DNA from: an uncultured Anaerolineales bacterium
GTDB taxonomy: Bacteria; Chloroflexota; Anaerolineae; Anaerolineales; E44-bin32
Assembly (NCBI GenBank): GCA_965195195.1
Contig: CBDAFF010000029.1
Coordinates: forward strand, 6,553-70,552
DNA: 64,000 bases
Reading direction: 5' to 3'
Shown: positions 48,992 to 57,081 of the stretch, in pieces
Numbering within the stretch: the stretch's first letter is position 1
Layout of the letters: each line of letters opens with the position of its first letter
The notes under the pieces: model-generated
Seen by the model: only the letters and a program-made list of their open reading frames with translations
What the model was told of the DNA's origin: nothing
Databases searched by the model: none
Made by a program: the position numbers and the translations under genes

Positions 48992-50200
48992 TTAGAGAAC
49001 GCCAACTTCTTTTCCCACTTGTTCGAAGATATCCAAAGCTCTTTCGATCTGCTCTGGCTCATGGCTGGCAGTCACAGTCGTGCGCAAACGTGCCAATCCC
49101 TCCGGAACGGCCGGCGAGATGACGGGAAGGACGAATAGATCTCGTTTATGACACTCACGTGTCATTTCAAATGCCTTCTCATCCGTTCCACATAACAAGG
49201 GCACGACTGCCGTCTCGCTTTTCATCGTATCAAAACCCCGCTCTTTGAGACCATTGATGAAGAGTTTTGTGTTTTCACGTAGCTGTTTCACCCGCCACGG
49301 TTCGTCGAGAATGACACGGAAAGATTCCATTGCCGCCGCAGCCTGCGCCGGCGGCAACGCCGCGGAGAAGATATAGGCTCGTGATTGATGGCGCAAATAT
49401 TTGATCAGGTCAGCGCTTCCGGCGATGTACCCGCCGACGCTGGGAATAGTCTTGCTTAACGTCCCCATCTTAATGTCTATCGCCCCCTCCAGGTTGTAAT
49501 ACTCCTCAATACCCCTGCCGGTCTCGCCCAGCACTCCAAGCGAATGCGCCTCATCGATCATCAGCCACGCATCGTTTTCTTTGCAAAGCTCAGCTACTGT
49601 TGGCAGGTCGATGATATCTCCATCCATGCTGAATACAGCGTCGCAGATCACCAGCTTGGCCGCCTGGGATGGTGCATCTTTCAGCCGCGCCGCCAAGTCA
49701 TCCATATCATTATGACGAAAACGAATAAATTTCGATCCTGACATCAAACATCCATCGACGATACTAGCATGGTTCAATTTATCGCTGAAAACACAATCGT
49801 GCCTGCCCACTAACGATGATATTGCCGTTAGATTGGTAACATAGCCGGACGTAAAAGAGATCGCGTCGTCCGTGCCCTTGAATTCCGCTATGGTCGCCTC
49901 CATCTCAGTATGGAGAGTCAATGTGCCCGCCAGGGTCCTGACACCATGGGTTCCTGTGCCAAAGTCATCAACCGCCTTGCGAGCGGCTGCATCGATCCGG
50001 GGATGCCCAATAAGTCCAAGATAACTGTATGAAGCGAACATACTCATCTCATGCCCATCAACTAAAACCGTTGCTGTACCATTCAGCTTACTGATGGGTA
50101 TGTTGTAATAGTAGTAATTCAATTGCTGAAGACCATTGACGCGCTCACACATGGCTCGTATTCGCCCTTCAATTGGATCCGTATCACGTTTGGGAACCAT
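48992..50200 (-). CDS. Alpha-oxoamine synthase family PLP enzyme (BioF/Kbl/SPT-like)
   Basis: SYSYLGL, DEAHSLGVLGETGRG, GTLSKTIPSVGGY (PLP lysine). Substrate not assignable from sequence. Confidence 0.85.
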   Translation of the reverse strand: MVPKRDTDPIEGRIRAMCERVNGLQQLNYYYYNIPISKLNGTATVLVDGHEMSMFASYSYLGLIGHPRIDAAARKAVDDFGTGTHGVRTLAGTLTLHTEMEATIAEFKGTDDAISFTSGYVTNLTAISSLVGRHDCVFSDKLNHASIVDGCLMSGSKFIRFRHNDMDDLAARLKDAPSQAAKLVICDAVFSMDGDIIDLPTVAELCKENDAWLMIDEAHSLGVLGETGRGIEEYYNLEGAIDIKMGTLSKTIPSVGGYIAGSADLIKYLRHQSRAYIFSAALPPAQAAAAMESFRVILDEPWRVKQLRENTKLFINGLKERGFDTMKSETAVVPLLCGTDEKAFEMTRECHKRDLFVLPVISPAVPEGLARLRTTVTASHEPEQIERALDIFEQVGKEVGVL

Positions 50201-50348
50201 GTTTAATCACCTTTCTCCGAGAATATTGCCTCCGCGCAATGACCCTCTATAAGCTGGGTTCTGCGAATGGCATTGACAGAGTTTACCCCACTTTTTCATT
50301 TTCAATTTAATCACTAACCGCGAATAATTCGCGCATCGTTGCCGCTCG

Positions 50349-50780
50349 TCATAAAGAGTTCTTTCCGTAGTCTGCCGTTGACCACCTCGCTGGTCTCATC
50401 CGGATCAGGAGCTCTTCGTCTCCTGATGTCTTGTCCACATACGCATTGCCTCTTTCTTGGCCAAGATAGCGACGGGCAATAGGTCCTAATTCTCTTTCGT
50501 GATCAGCATCCTCAATGGAGACTATGGGTCCTTCAACACTGACGTACTTATACGGAGTAGATTCATCTTGCACACATAGCGTGAATCTCCCCTCTTGCGT
50601 AAGAAGCTTTACTTTCTTTGCATTCTTGTTCGTGATGAATACGATATCACCCCCCGGTTCATAGGAGTACCATACAGGCACCAACACCGGTGCACGATCA
50701 GGAGCAGATATTCCGAGAATTCCTACATGAAGAGCCGCGAGGAAGGCTTCCCTTTCCGCGTCAGTCATGGTGAATGTCAT
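50349..50780 (-). CDS. Pyridoxamine 5'-phosphate oxidase-family (PPOX-fold) protein
   Basis: MTFTMTDAEREAFLAALHVGILGIS...PVLVPVWYSYEPGGDIVFIT. The track start (50816) is TTG. Confidence 0.65.
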   Translation of the reverse strand: MTFTMTDAEREAFLAALHVGILGISAPDRAPVLVPVWYSYEPGGDIVFITNKNAKKVKLLTQEGRFTLCVQDESTPYKYVSVEGPIVSIEDADHERELGPIARRYLGQERGNAYVDKTSGDEELLIRMRPARWSTADYGKNSL

Positions 50781-50875
50781 AATTACCTTCCCGCCACGTT
50801 TGTTGTTATCTGCCAATGGACCTATTGGATACCTTGCATCAGCGTTGATCCTCTTACCTAGCCGTGTATTATCCT

Positions 50876-51334
50876 TCAGTTTCTAGGCATCAACAAATAT
50901 ACGGCTATTACCATCACAAATAAACCACTTACACGCTGGATCGTCAATGGGATAGGCTCAATACTGCCGATTCCACGTGTATCAACGATAATGGACACGA
51001 TGAGTTGGCCAAGGATGATCGTTGCCAGTCCAGCAGCAACTCCAGCACGTTGAAGCGAAAACGAAAGCCCGGTGATGATCAATATCCCCAACGTGCCGGA
51101 TACGGCAACCATTACGACCGCAGTGGTCGGTATCTTCCATGCGCCTGACCCTTGTAGAAAGAAAAGAACGAGAACAGCAACACCAGCGATTACTCCACCA
51201 AGAAAGTTGGTAAGCAAACCAGTTCGTATGTCACCTATTATTCCGCCTACTCGACTGGTCAGTGTAGCTTGGATACCAATCGCCACTCCTGTCGCCAAAG
51301 CAGCAAAAGCCCCAATGATGATTGCAGTCCTCAA
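50876..51334 (-). CDS. DMT-superfamily small membrane transporter (YdcZ/DUF606-like)
   Basis: 152 aa, 5 TM, GIQATLTSRVGG... TTG start after GGGAGG. Confidence 0.55.
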   Translation of the reverse strand: MRTAIIIGAFAALATGVAIGIQATLTSRVGGIIGDIRTGLLTNFLGGVIAGVAVLVLFFLQGSGAWKIPTTAVVMVAVSGTLGILIITGLSFSLQRAGVAAGLATIILGQLIVSIIVDTRGIGSIEPIPLTIQRVSGLFVMVIAVYLLMPRN

Positions 51335-51387
51335 TGGTGCACCTCCCTTATCTCGATGGTTTGAATAATAGCTGAATTTAACATCAA

Positions 51388-51451
51388 GGCAACGAATTCA
51401 ATAGCTCGGTTATTCTTCTTTTCGCTTCGTGGAGGGCAATTCTGGTTAGAC
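51388..51451 (-). repeat. attC-like imperfect inverted repeat (candidate)
   Basis: Minus strand: GTCTAAC (stop TAA of the DDAH-like gene embedded) CA GAATT ... AATTC GTTGCC. AAC/GTT plus a 5-bp box pair, with a 2-nt bulge on the GTCTAAC-side arm. 64 bp. Confidence 0.35.
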
Positions 51452-52219
51452 GCTAATATCGAATATCAAACTACAACAAGTCAATGCGCCTTCAGCTTTC
51501 TGGAGCTCGGAGACATCAACGACTCTTACCCCGATCCCCTTACTCTCCAACCGGCGACGGGTCAGCGGAAAACTCTGTGGATACGCCAATTCATTACCAA
51601 CGAGTAAAGCGTTGGCTGCAAAAGGTTCACCGGGATCAATGTCAATAAATTCTATCGGGCCACCGAAACAGTTTACGTCAACCCAAGATCTGTTGATAAG
51701 CAGGGTCTGCTCACCCACGAGGGAAACCGCCGACTTTAAGTGCAAACAGCCTTCCACTTTAACAACTTCAACATCATATCCATAAGGAGCAACGATCTCC
51801 ATCAATTGTTTGATGCCAGGTATATTCGAGCGAACTGAATTACCAACGTACAAGGTCCTGCCAATCCGTAAGACATCTCCACCGTCAAGAGTGCCTGGAT
51901 CGGTTATTTGAACTATCGACCGGTATTCCTTTAAGACTTCAGCAACGCTTTGTGTTTCATTTCTCCGCAGGACTGCACCTGGTCGGGTAATAAGCGCCGC
52001 GTCATCCAATACAACGGCTGTATCTTCCACAAACACTGAATCGGGTAGCTTGGGGTCTTCTGGTAACCTTCTGACTTTGCATCCTAAGTCGATTAATAAA
52101 TTCTCATATTGAGCATGCTGAGATCGGGCGCGGTTAACATCAATTTCCTGGCGGGAAAGATGAGTCAGCTCACACTGTCCAATACTGGGGCTTACACCCC
52201 GCGTAACCGCAATTCGCAA
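51446..52219 (-). CDS. Dimethylarginine dimethylaminohydrolase / amidinotransferase-fold enzyme
   Basis: DSVFVEDTAVV, GGDVLRIG, C-terminal EGALTCCSLIF (catalytic Cys context). TTG start after AGGAAGG. Confidence 0.7.
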   Translation of the reverse strand: MRIAVTRGVSPSIGQCELTHLSRQEIDVNRARSQHAQYENLLIDLGCKVRRLPEDPKLPDSVFVEDTAVVLDDAALITRPGAVLRRNETQSVAEVLKEYRSIVQITDPGTLDGGDVLRIGRTLYVGNSVRSNIPGIKQLMEIVAPYGYDVEVVKVEGCLHLKSAVSLVGEQTLLINRSWVDVNCFGGPIEFIDIDPGEPFAANALLVGNELAYPQSFPLTRRRLESKGIGVRVVDVSELQKAEGALTCCSLIFDISV

Positions 52220-52245
52220 AGTTTTACCTTCCTGTCGCTATATGT

Positions 52246-52360
52246 ACCTAACACCTCAAGATGCATGGTCTCCGAAGCTAAGGTTCGGCCTTGGTCCTTA
52301 CGTGAAAAACACATCGCCATAACTAGTTGGCGCTTGAAGCGCAGCTGCTTTACGTTAGGG
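52246..52360 (-). repeat. attC-like terminal inverted boxes (weak candidate)
   Basis: Minus strand CCCTAAC (52354-52360) ... GTTAGGT (52246-52252), with 6 of 7 positions complementary and 101 nt apart. The interior has only local hairpins (CCGAA/TTCGG, GCGCTT/AAGCGC). Confidence 0.25.
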
Positions 52361-52377
52361 GCAATCCCAGAGTATCG

Positions 52378-52797
52378 CTAGACATTCTCAGCCTTCTGCA
52401 TCTTCATTGTCTGCCACCCACAATACGTGAACAACAAACTCGGTGCCGCGAAGATCAGGAAGAAGGGACCTCGCGGGAGGGTTCCTGAAAACAGATAATC
52501 CAGCAGGTAAAAAGCTGCCACACCACAGATCGTAAGCAACCCTCCATACAATTCCCACCTCCAGCCCAACAACAACCCCAACCACACTGCAAAGAATGCC
52601 ATCATCATTCCGATTTCACGGATCGTCAGGGTGAGAATTGGTTCAAATCCATCAGCAAGTGCTTCTCCGACGAAAATAAGTAGGATCAATGCAGCCATAA
52701 CTCCAGCCGAGATCCTCGCGATCCAACGAACGACGCTCACTGTTTTGTTTCCGTTCGTATTAGTTAAGTCGCCTCCTGAGAGCGGATATTCGTCCAC
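52378..52797 (-). CDS. Small 4-TM membrane protein (paralog of 54042..54479)
   Basis: RWIARISAG and GWRWELYGG are shared with RRIARIWSF and AWRWEKLGG in the paralog. GTG start 3 nt after the upstream stop. Confidence 0.5.
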   Translation of the reverse strand: MDEYPLSGGDLTNTNGNKTVSVVRWIARISAGVMAALILLIFVGEALADGFEPILTLTIREIGMMMAFFAVWLGLLLGWRWELYGGLLTICGVAAFYLLDYLFSGTLPRGPFFLIFAAPSLLFTYCGWQTMKMQKAENV

Positions 52798-52800
52798 GAT

Positions 52801-53250
52801 TTACTCCTCCTTTATCTCTACCCTCACTAGCAAACGTCCTGAGTTATCGTATATATCAACGTCATTGATCCCGAGGTAGAGAATGCCGCTCTCACCGATG
52901 GAATGATGGTATCGTTCACCGACCAGAAAGGGTTCATGATCACCGATGCGACCAATTAGAGCCGCATGGGAAACCCCCTCCATAACATTACATCTGCAGC
53001 GAGGATCTCCACCTGACCCGATAGCATCGAAACCTTCACCTGACCATGGCGACCATCTGCCAGACACGTAAGTAATCGTAAGAAGATCTCCAGCTTCGAC
53101 TTTGATATGCGTGTTATTCCATCCTTCCTTCGCTTCGACATTAATTATTTCAGCATCCTGCGAGCCGCCTAGATCGTATGAAAACGAACAAGCTAAAGTC
53201 ATCAGAAATAGCAATAAAATTGGGGGGAGTAATGCGAAGTTTCTTTTCAT
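52801..53250 (-). CDS. Predicted lipoprotein, beta-rich, function unknown (possibly lectin-like)
   Basis: Lipobox MTLACSF. GDLLTITYVSGRWSPWSG...ALIGRIGDHEPFLVG...LYLGINDVDIYDNSG pattern. Confidence 0.45.
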   Translation of the reverse strand: MKRNFALLPPILLLFLMTLACSFSYDLGGSQDAEIINVEAKEGWNNTHIKVEAGDLLTITYVSGRWSPWSGEGFDAIGSGGDPRCRCNVMEGVSHAALIGRIGDHEPFLVGERYHHSIGESGILYLGINDVDIYDNSGRLLVRVEIKEE

Positions 53251-53400
53251 GGTTCCCTACTTAATAGATGAGTATTGGCACCCCCGTCTTTGAACTTCGC
53301 TAAGCGAAGCGGAGCAGCCAAGCGGATACCTGCCTGCGAACGACGTGGAGTGGGTCATGAAGCATTTTGTAAGACATAGTCGTTATGGCTTAAGCCCATC

Positions 53401-53880
53401 CTAAATCCACTTTCTTACTTTCGATTTATACTGCCGCCATTCTTCTTGAAATGTCTCACTAAGCATCTCTTCTTCGACTCTTATGAAGATAATATCCATT
53501 AGGATAGCAAACATTAGAACAACAACATATGGCGAGATAGAGCCAAGCAAGAGAGAAATTCCGAAAAGGACCAACACAAAACCCAAATACATTGGGTGTC
53601 TACTATATCGATAAACCCCCTCAGTTAATAATGTCGCTGACTCCTCATAGGGTTTAACGGTGGTTTGATATTGTTTGAAATCACGATCAGCGATGAGGTT
53701 GAGCACCACCCCAATCAAAAGAGGGAATAATCCCATCAGATTCAAGGGATTCCTAACAATAGTGGCAACCGGAAAGGTGAAATGAAGTAGAAGGATGAGG
53801 ATAATTGCCACCAGTAAGTAAGTCGGAGGAAATACTTTCTTCAGCATGGTTCTTACCCTTGTATTGCCAGAGATCGGCAT
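53401..53880 (-). CDS. ICMT/PEMT-like membrane methyltransferase family protein (paralog 5)
   Basis: LLTEGVYRYSRHPMYLGFVLVLFGISLLLGS ... EEEMLSETFQEEWRQYK. An alternative start is MLKKVFPP at 53847. Confidence 0.7.
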   Translation of the reverse strand: MPISGNTRVRTMLKKVFPPTYLLVAIILILLLHFTFPVATIVRNPLNLMGLFPLLIGVVLNLIADRDFKQYQTTVKPYEESATLLTEGVYRYSRHPMYLGFVLVLFGISLLLGSISPYVVVLMFAILMDIIFIRVEEEMLSETFQEEWRQYKSKVRKWI

Positions 53881-53927
53881 AGTGGTTTGAGTTTATCCGC
53901 CCCGTTAATACCTTAGCTTACTATTTA

Positions 53928-54047
53928 AGATTCTCATTCCAGGGCTATCGCTACCAAATCGCGCAATCCACGGGTGCCTGTGCTGAGCTTGTCGAAGCAT
54001 CGGCTCCCCTAAGACCCCGATTGGGACAGGGCCACGAATGGTTAGAC
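53928..54047 (-). repeat. attC-like imperfect inverted repeat, copy of the 54646-54753 element (candidate, 3' box degenerate)
   Basis: Minus strand starts GTCTAAC with the stop TAA of the 145-aa gene embedded. CATTC-GTGGC...CCCAATCGGGG pairs collinearly with CGCGATTTGG...GCCCTGGAATG. There is no GTT at the distal end (AGAATCT). Confidence 0.35.
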
Positions 54048-54479
54048 ACCGTTCTGAAAAGTCGGCATCTTTCTCGATCTCCGCCAAGCCACCAAGAACA
54101 GTATTCCAGGAATAGCAACAACCACCAACATAAGATAAGGGATAGCTGAGCGAGGGAAATCTTGTGTGATCGGTCTTTGAATAAGAAGCAACAAAAGCGT
54201 TGCTAACTGGAAAACAAGAGCAATCGCTCCCCCCAATTTCTCCCAACGCCAGGCGATGGCTAATCCCAGAACACTCAGAAACATCAAGATTGGGGGGAGT
54301 GCTTCTACGAGAGGATAGCCCTCTACCGCGTACGGGTCAGCTTTTCCGATGGTCACCCAGTTCCATGCATAGCCAGTAAGCATCATCAGAGAGTAAACAA
54401 TGATGGGAAAGGACCAAATACGTGCAATCCGGCGAATCCTTTTCGTTACGCGATCGTCGGTGTCACTAACGTTAGTCAT
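54042..54479 (-). CDS. Small 4-TM membrane protein (paralog of 52378..52797)
   Basis: 145 aa. AAGGAGGATAAATA precedes the ATG. Motifs shared with the paralog as listed for it. Confidence 0.5.
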   Translation of the reverse strand: MTNVSDTDDRVTKRIRRIARIWSFPIIVYSLMMLTGYAWNWVTIGKADPYAVEGYPLVEALPPILMFLSVLGLAIAWRWEKLGGAIALVFQLATLLLLLIQRPITQDFPRSAIPYLMLVVVAIPGILFLVAWRRSRKMPTFQNGV

Positions 54480-54645
54480 TATTTATCCTCCTTGTTTAAT
54501 ATAACGCCCAACGGCTTTGAGCTACGTAGCCGCCTGTTTTATGGGGGGACGAAGACCCCCCGCTTTATAGAGGGCGAAGTCCCACGTTCTGTGTGGGTAG
54601 CGGCCGTGGTATCCCCGACGGCTACCGTTTATCCCCTCTCACATC

Positions 54646-54753
54646 ATACAACTTTGCTATCAAATCGCGCAATATCCTCGGGCTCCTGCTGAGCCTGTCG
54701 AAGCATCGGTTGACGAAGATCCCAGCGGTTTTCCAGGGCAGTGTTGGTTATGT
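54646..54753 (-). repeat. attC-like imperfect inverted repeat (candidate, 108 bp)
   Basis: Minus strand ACATAAC ... GTTGTAT. Collinear arm pairing (ACTGC/TTTGC-type, AAACCGC/GCGATTT, GATCTTCG/CGAGGATAT) and a central GGCTC-AGCAG-GAGCC hairpin. Starts 26 nt after the racemase stop. Confidence 0.4.
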
Positions 54754-54779
54754 AGCCAGATTTAAAAGAGTGACAACTG

Positions 54780-55472
54780 TCACTTTATCGCTTCTAAAAC
54801 AGCCTCTTCAGCATGTATAGAAGTCGTATCAAAGAGCGGGATGTCTGTATGGTGTTGTTGCACAAGCATCACAATTTCTGTACACCCCTCGATAATGCCT
54901 TCGGCCCCCCGGTCTCGCAAATCCTCAATTATCCTCAGAAACTCATCACGAGATTCATCTTGCACTTGCCCTACACAAAGTTCGTCATAGATAACGCGAT
55001 GTACGATTTCGCGGTCGGATTTGGGAGGTATAAGAACATCTAATTCATACTTCTCAACCAAACGACCTTTATAAAAATCTTCTTCCATCGTAAATCTTGT
55101 ACCTAACAAGCCGATGGTTTTCATTCCTGCTGCCTTAATTCGTTTAGCCGTTGTATCTGCAAGATGTAGAATTGGGATACTAATCGCATCCTGGACTTGA
55201 GGCGCAACCTTATGCATCGTATTTGTACAAATAAGAAGAAAATCTGCTCCGGCAGCCTCTACTTGTTTGGCAGCCTGAGTTAGAGCCTGTCCTGCACCCG
55301 CCCAATCACCGTTATGCTGCATTTCTTCAATTTCCTGAAAATCAACGCTGACCATTGCAATACGGGCTGAATGCAACCCTCCTAGTTGGGTTTTTATTCC
55401 CTCATTGATGAGACGATAGTAAAGCTCTGTTGATTCCCAACTCATTCCGCCCAGCAAGCCAATAGTTTTCAT
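54780..55472 (-). CDS. Aspartate/glutamate racemase family protein
   Basis: MKTIGLLGGMSWESTELYY, LLICTNTMH, GIIEGCTE (two catalytic Cys contexts). The track start is TTG 55481. Confidence 0.85.
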   Translation of the reverse strand: MKTIGLLGGMSWESTELYYRLINEGIKTQLGGLHSARIAMVSVDFQEIEEMQHNGDWAGAGQALTQAAKQVEAAGADFLLICTNTMHKVAPQVQDAISIPILHLADTTAKRIKAAGMKTIGLLGTRFTMEEDFYKGRLVEKYELDVLIPPKSDREIVHRVIYDELCVGQVQDESRDEFLRIIEDLRDRGAEGIIEGCTEIVMLVQQHHTDIPLFDTTSIHAEEAVLEAIK

Positions 55473-55541
55473 TTTGATCAAATCCTCTACTGAATTTGCC
55501 GAATTCCGCTAATTCTTGCTTCGCCTCATACCAATCTTAGC

Positions 55542-55614
55542 CGGTAACGTTGCGCTTCAGCGGCGTGGAGCGAGTTTGCGAGCGGAGCGTCCGACTGAAA
55601 GTGCCTTGTTATTG
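55542..55614 (-). repeat. attC-like imperfect inverted repeat (best candidate, 73 bp)
   Basis: Minus strand CAATAAC-AAGGCACTTTCAGTCGGACG ... CGCCGCTGAAGCGCAAC-GTTACCG. About 13 Watson-Crick pairs. Three single-base bulges, all on the AAC-side arm. Begins 8 nt after the cupin stop. Confidence 0.45.
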
Positions 55615-55622
55615 GTGTGGCG

Positions 55623-55952
55623 CTAATCGACAATAAAGAGCTTGGCCCCCACTGCTGTTGAGGAGCGATGAGGCTCTGCATTATCAGCAACTTGATAACT
55701 CATACCAGACTTGAGAATAAACTTGTGACCATCTTCTAGCGCTGTGTGCAATTCTCCCTCCAGGCAGAGTAAAATATGTCCTTTACTGCACCAATGATCT
55801 GCAAGATAGCTTGGAGAATACTCAACCATCCGGACTCGAATATCTCCAAATTTCTGTGTTTTCCAATAGGCAACACCGGTATCACCTTTGTGTTCAGTTC
55901 GTTCGATTTCTGACCAATTCGTAATACCGAAAGGCATATCAGTTAAATGCAT
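55623..55952 (-). CDS. Cupin-fold protein (DHCW-motif-cupin-like)
   Basis: 109 aa. YLADHWCSKGHILLCLEGEL core. AAGGAG before the ATG. Confidence 0.65.
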   Translation of the reverse strand: MHLTDMPFGITNWSEIERTEHKGDTGVAYWKTQKFGDIRVRMVEYSPSYLADHWCSKGHILLCLEGELHTALEDGHKFILKSGMSYQVADNAEPHRSSTAVGAKLFIVD

Positions 55953-55970
55953 GTGTTTTTCTCCTTAGAC

Positions 55971-56028
55971 ACATAACGGATGAGCTCACTTGCCCTGAGT
56001 AACACTGAGCCCTTCTCCTCCGTTCCGC
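55971..56028 (-). repeat. attC-like imperfect inverted repeat at the GC-rich/AT-rich boundary (candidate, 58 bp)
   Basis: Minus strand GCGGAAC GGAGGAG aaggg CTCA ... TGAG CTCATCC GTTATGT. 7-bp box with 1 mismatch, 5-nt bulge on the AAC-side arm, then a 4-bp stem. The GTTATGT box lies 18 nt before the cupin ATG. Confidence 0.4.
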
Positions 56029-56073
56029 TCAGGAAAGCCGTAGCGAATGGGCGTATCGAAGAGCTATTTAAGA

Positions 56074-57081
56074 TCAGGGCACCGTGAAATCGGTGGTTTT
56101 TTCAACACATTGCCCTCCCCCACCATCCTGGGTGCACAGCTTGAGCGTCAAGCGCGCACTATGCCCACTCGGCACAGGTGAGCCGATGGATGCAGCAATA
56201 TACCGGGTCTGCCCGGGATCCATCGCGCTCGCCCCTGGCGGGCAATCGCTGCTGGATGCCAAGAAAGGCAGCGGGTTGTTCGCGGGTCCATATAAAGTTG
56301 TGCTGGCGGTCAGGTCTTGAATGAATATCCGCGCCCACTCGAAGGCGAAATCACCAGTGTTTTTCACGGTGAAAGTTGCGTAATGTGGTAAACAAAGGCC
56401 GGTGTTCGTGAAACTCACCGTGAAGTCTGGCTCAGGCGGTCCCAGCACTTCGATCTCCACCCAAAAAGCCACGCTTCCCGTTGCCCCGATTCCAAAGATC
56501 ACCCCCTGTGGATTGCGGAGTTTAAAGTAGCCCTTGTACCCCCCTTCGCTTCCCGGCGCTGTAAGCTGCACGGAGACATCCACATTCTGATTCGTTCCGA
56601 CCGTTCCACTGGTCAACTGGACAGCAGCCGGCGCTCCCATCTGATCCCCGTGATCGAAAACAAGGTCGTACCCTGAAGTCCAGGTGCACGATCCAGTGTT
56701 TTTCAAGCGCCATGTTTTTGTGAACACATCGCCCGGCGAATAATCAGCGCCATCCGGAACAGTCACATCCGTAACAAAGACAGCGCGATCGCAGGGGATC
56801 TCCGTTGCCGTTGGCAAAGGTGTGAAGGTCGGCTTCGGCGTGGGAGAAGGTTCTTCAGTGGGCTCTTGCACTGGCGTTTGTGTCGGTTCTTCACCCCCTG
56901 GTCCCGGCGGCGGCCCTTCCTCACCTTCCTGCAAAGCCCTCTTCGTCTCAACAGCATTGATCGTCGCTTGAACCGCATCTTCAGGAGCAACGGCTCCAGA
57001 ACCTGGCAAATTACAGGCAAGGCTGCTAATCACCAAAGCGGCGAGTGGTAATAAGCTGTATAGAATCCTGGTCGGTTTCAT
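56074..57081 (-). CDS. Secreted lipoprotein with NBR1-like Ig-fold domains
   Basis: ATG 57081 after GGAGGA. Lipobox ISSLACN. Pro/Thr/Glu linker. FVTDVTVPDGADYSPGDVFTKTWRLKNTGSCTW is the NBR1-like pattern. Confidence 0.6.
   Translation of the reverse strand: MKPTRILYSLLPLAALVISSLACNLPGSGAVAPEDAVQATINAVETKRALQEGEEGPPPGPGGEEPTQTPVQEPTEEPSPTPKPTFTPLPTATEIPCDRAVFVTDVTVPDGADYSPGDVFTKTWRLKNTGSCTWTSGYDLVFDHGDQMGAPAAVQLTSGTVGTNQNVDVSVQLTAPGSEGGYKGYFKLRNPQGVIFGIGATGSVAFWVEIEVLGPPEPDFTVSFTNTGLCLPHYATFTVKNTGDFAFEWARIFIQDLTASTTLYGPANNPLPFLASSSDCPPGASAMDPGQTRYIAASIGSPVPSGHSARLTLKLCTQDGGGGQCVEKTTDFTVP

Noticed and set aside
50781-50875. Looked for an attC-like repeat in the DUF606/PPOX spacer
   Set aside because: The gene-sense strand has no GTT box here, only a 5-bp hairpin CCAAT…ATTGG. 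I record this as a negative that weakens the cassette-array reading.
53335-53388. CCATAAC…GTCGTTCGCA element 3' of the ICMT-like gene as an attC
   Set aside because: Only the terminal ATAACGAC/GTCGTT boxes pair and the arms do not. It is mentioned under the array finding but is too weak to list as a feature. The same applies to the 33-bp hairpin at 50312-50344.
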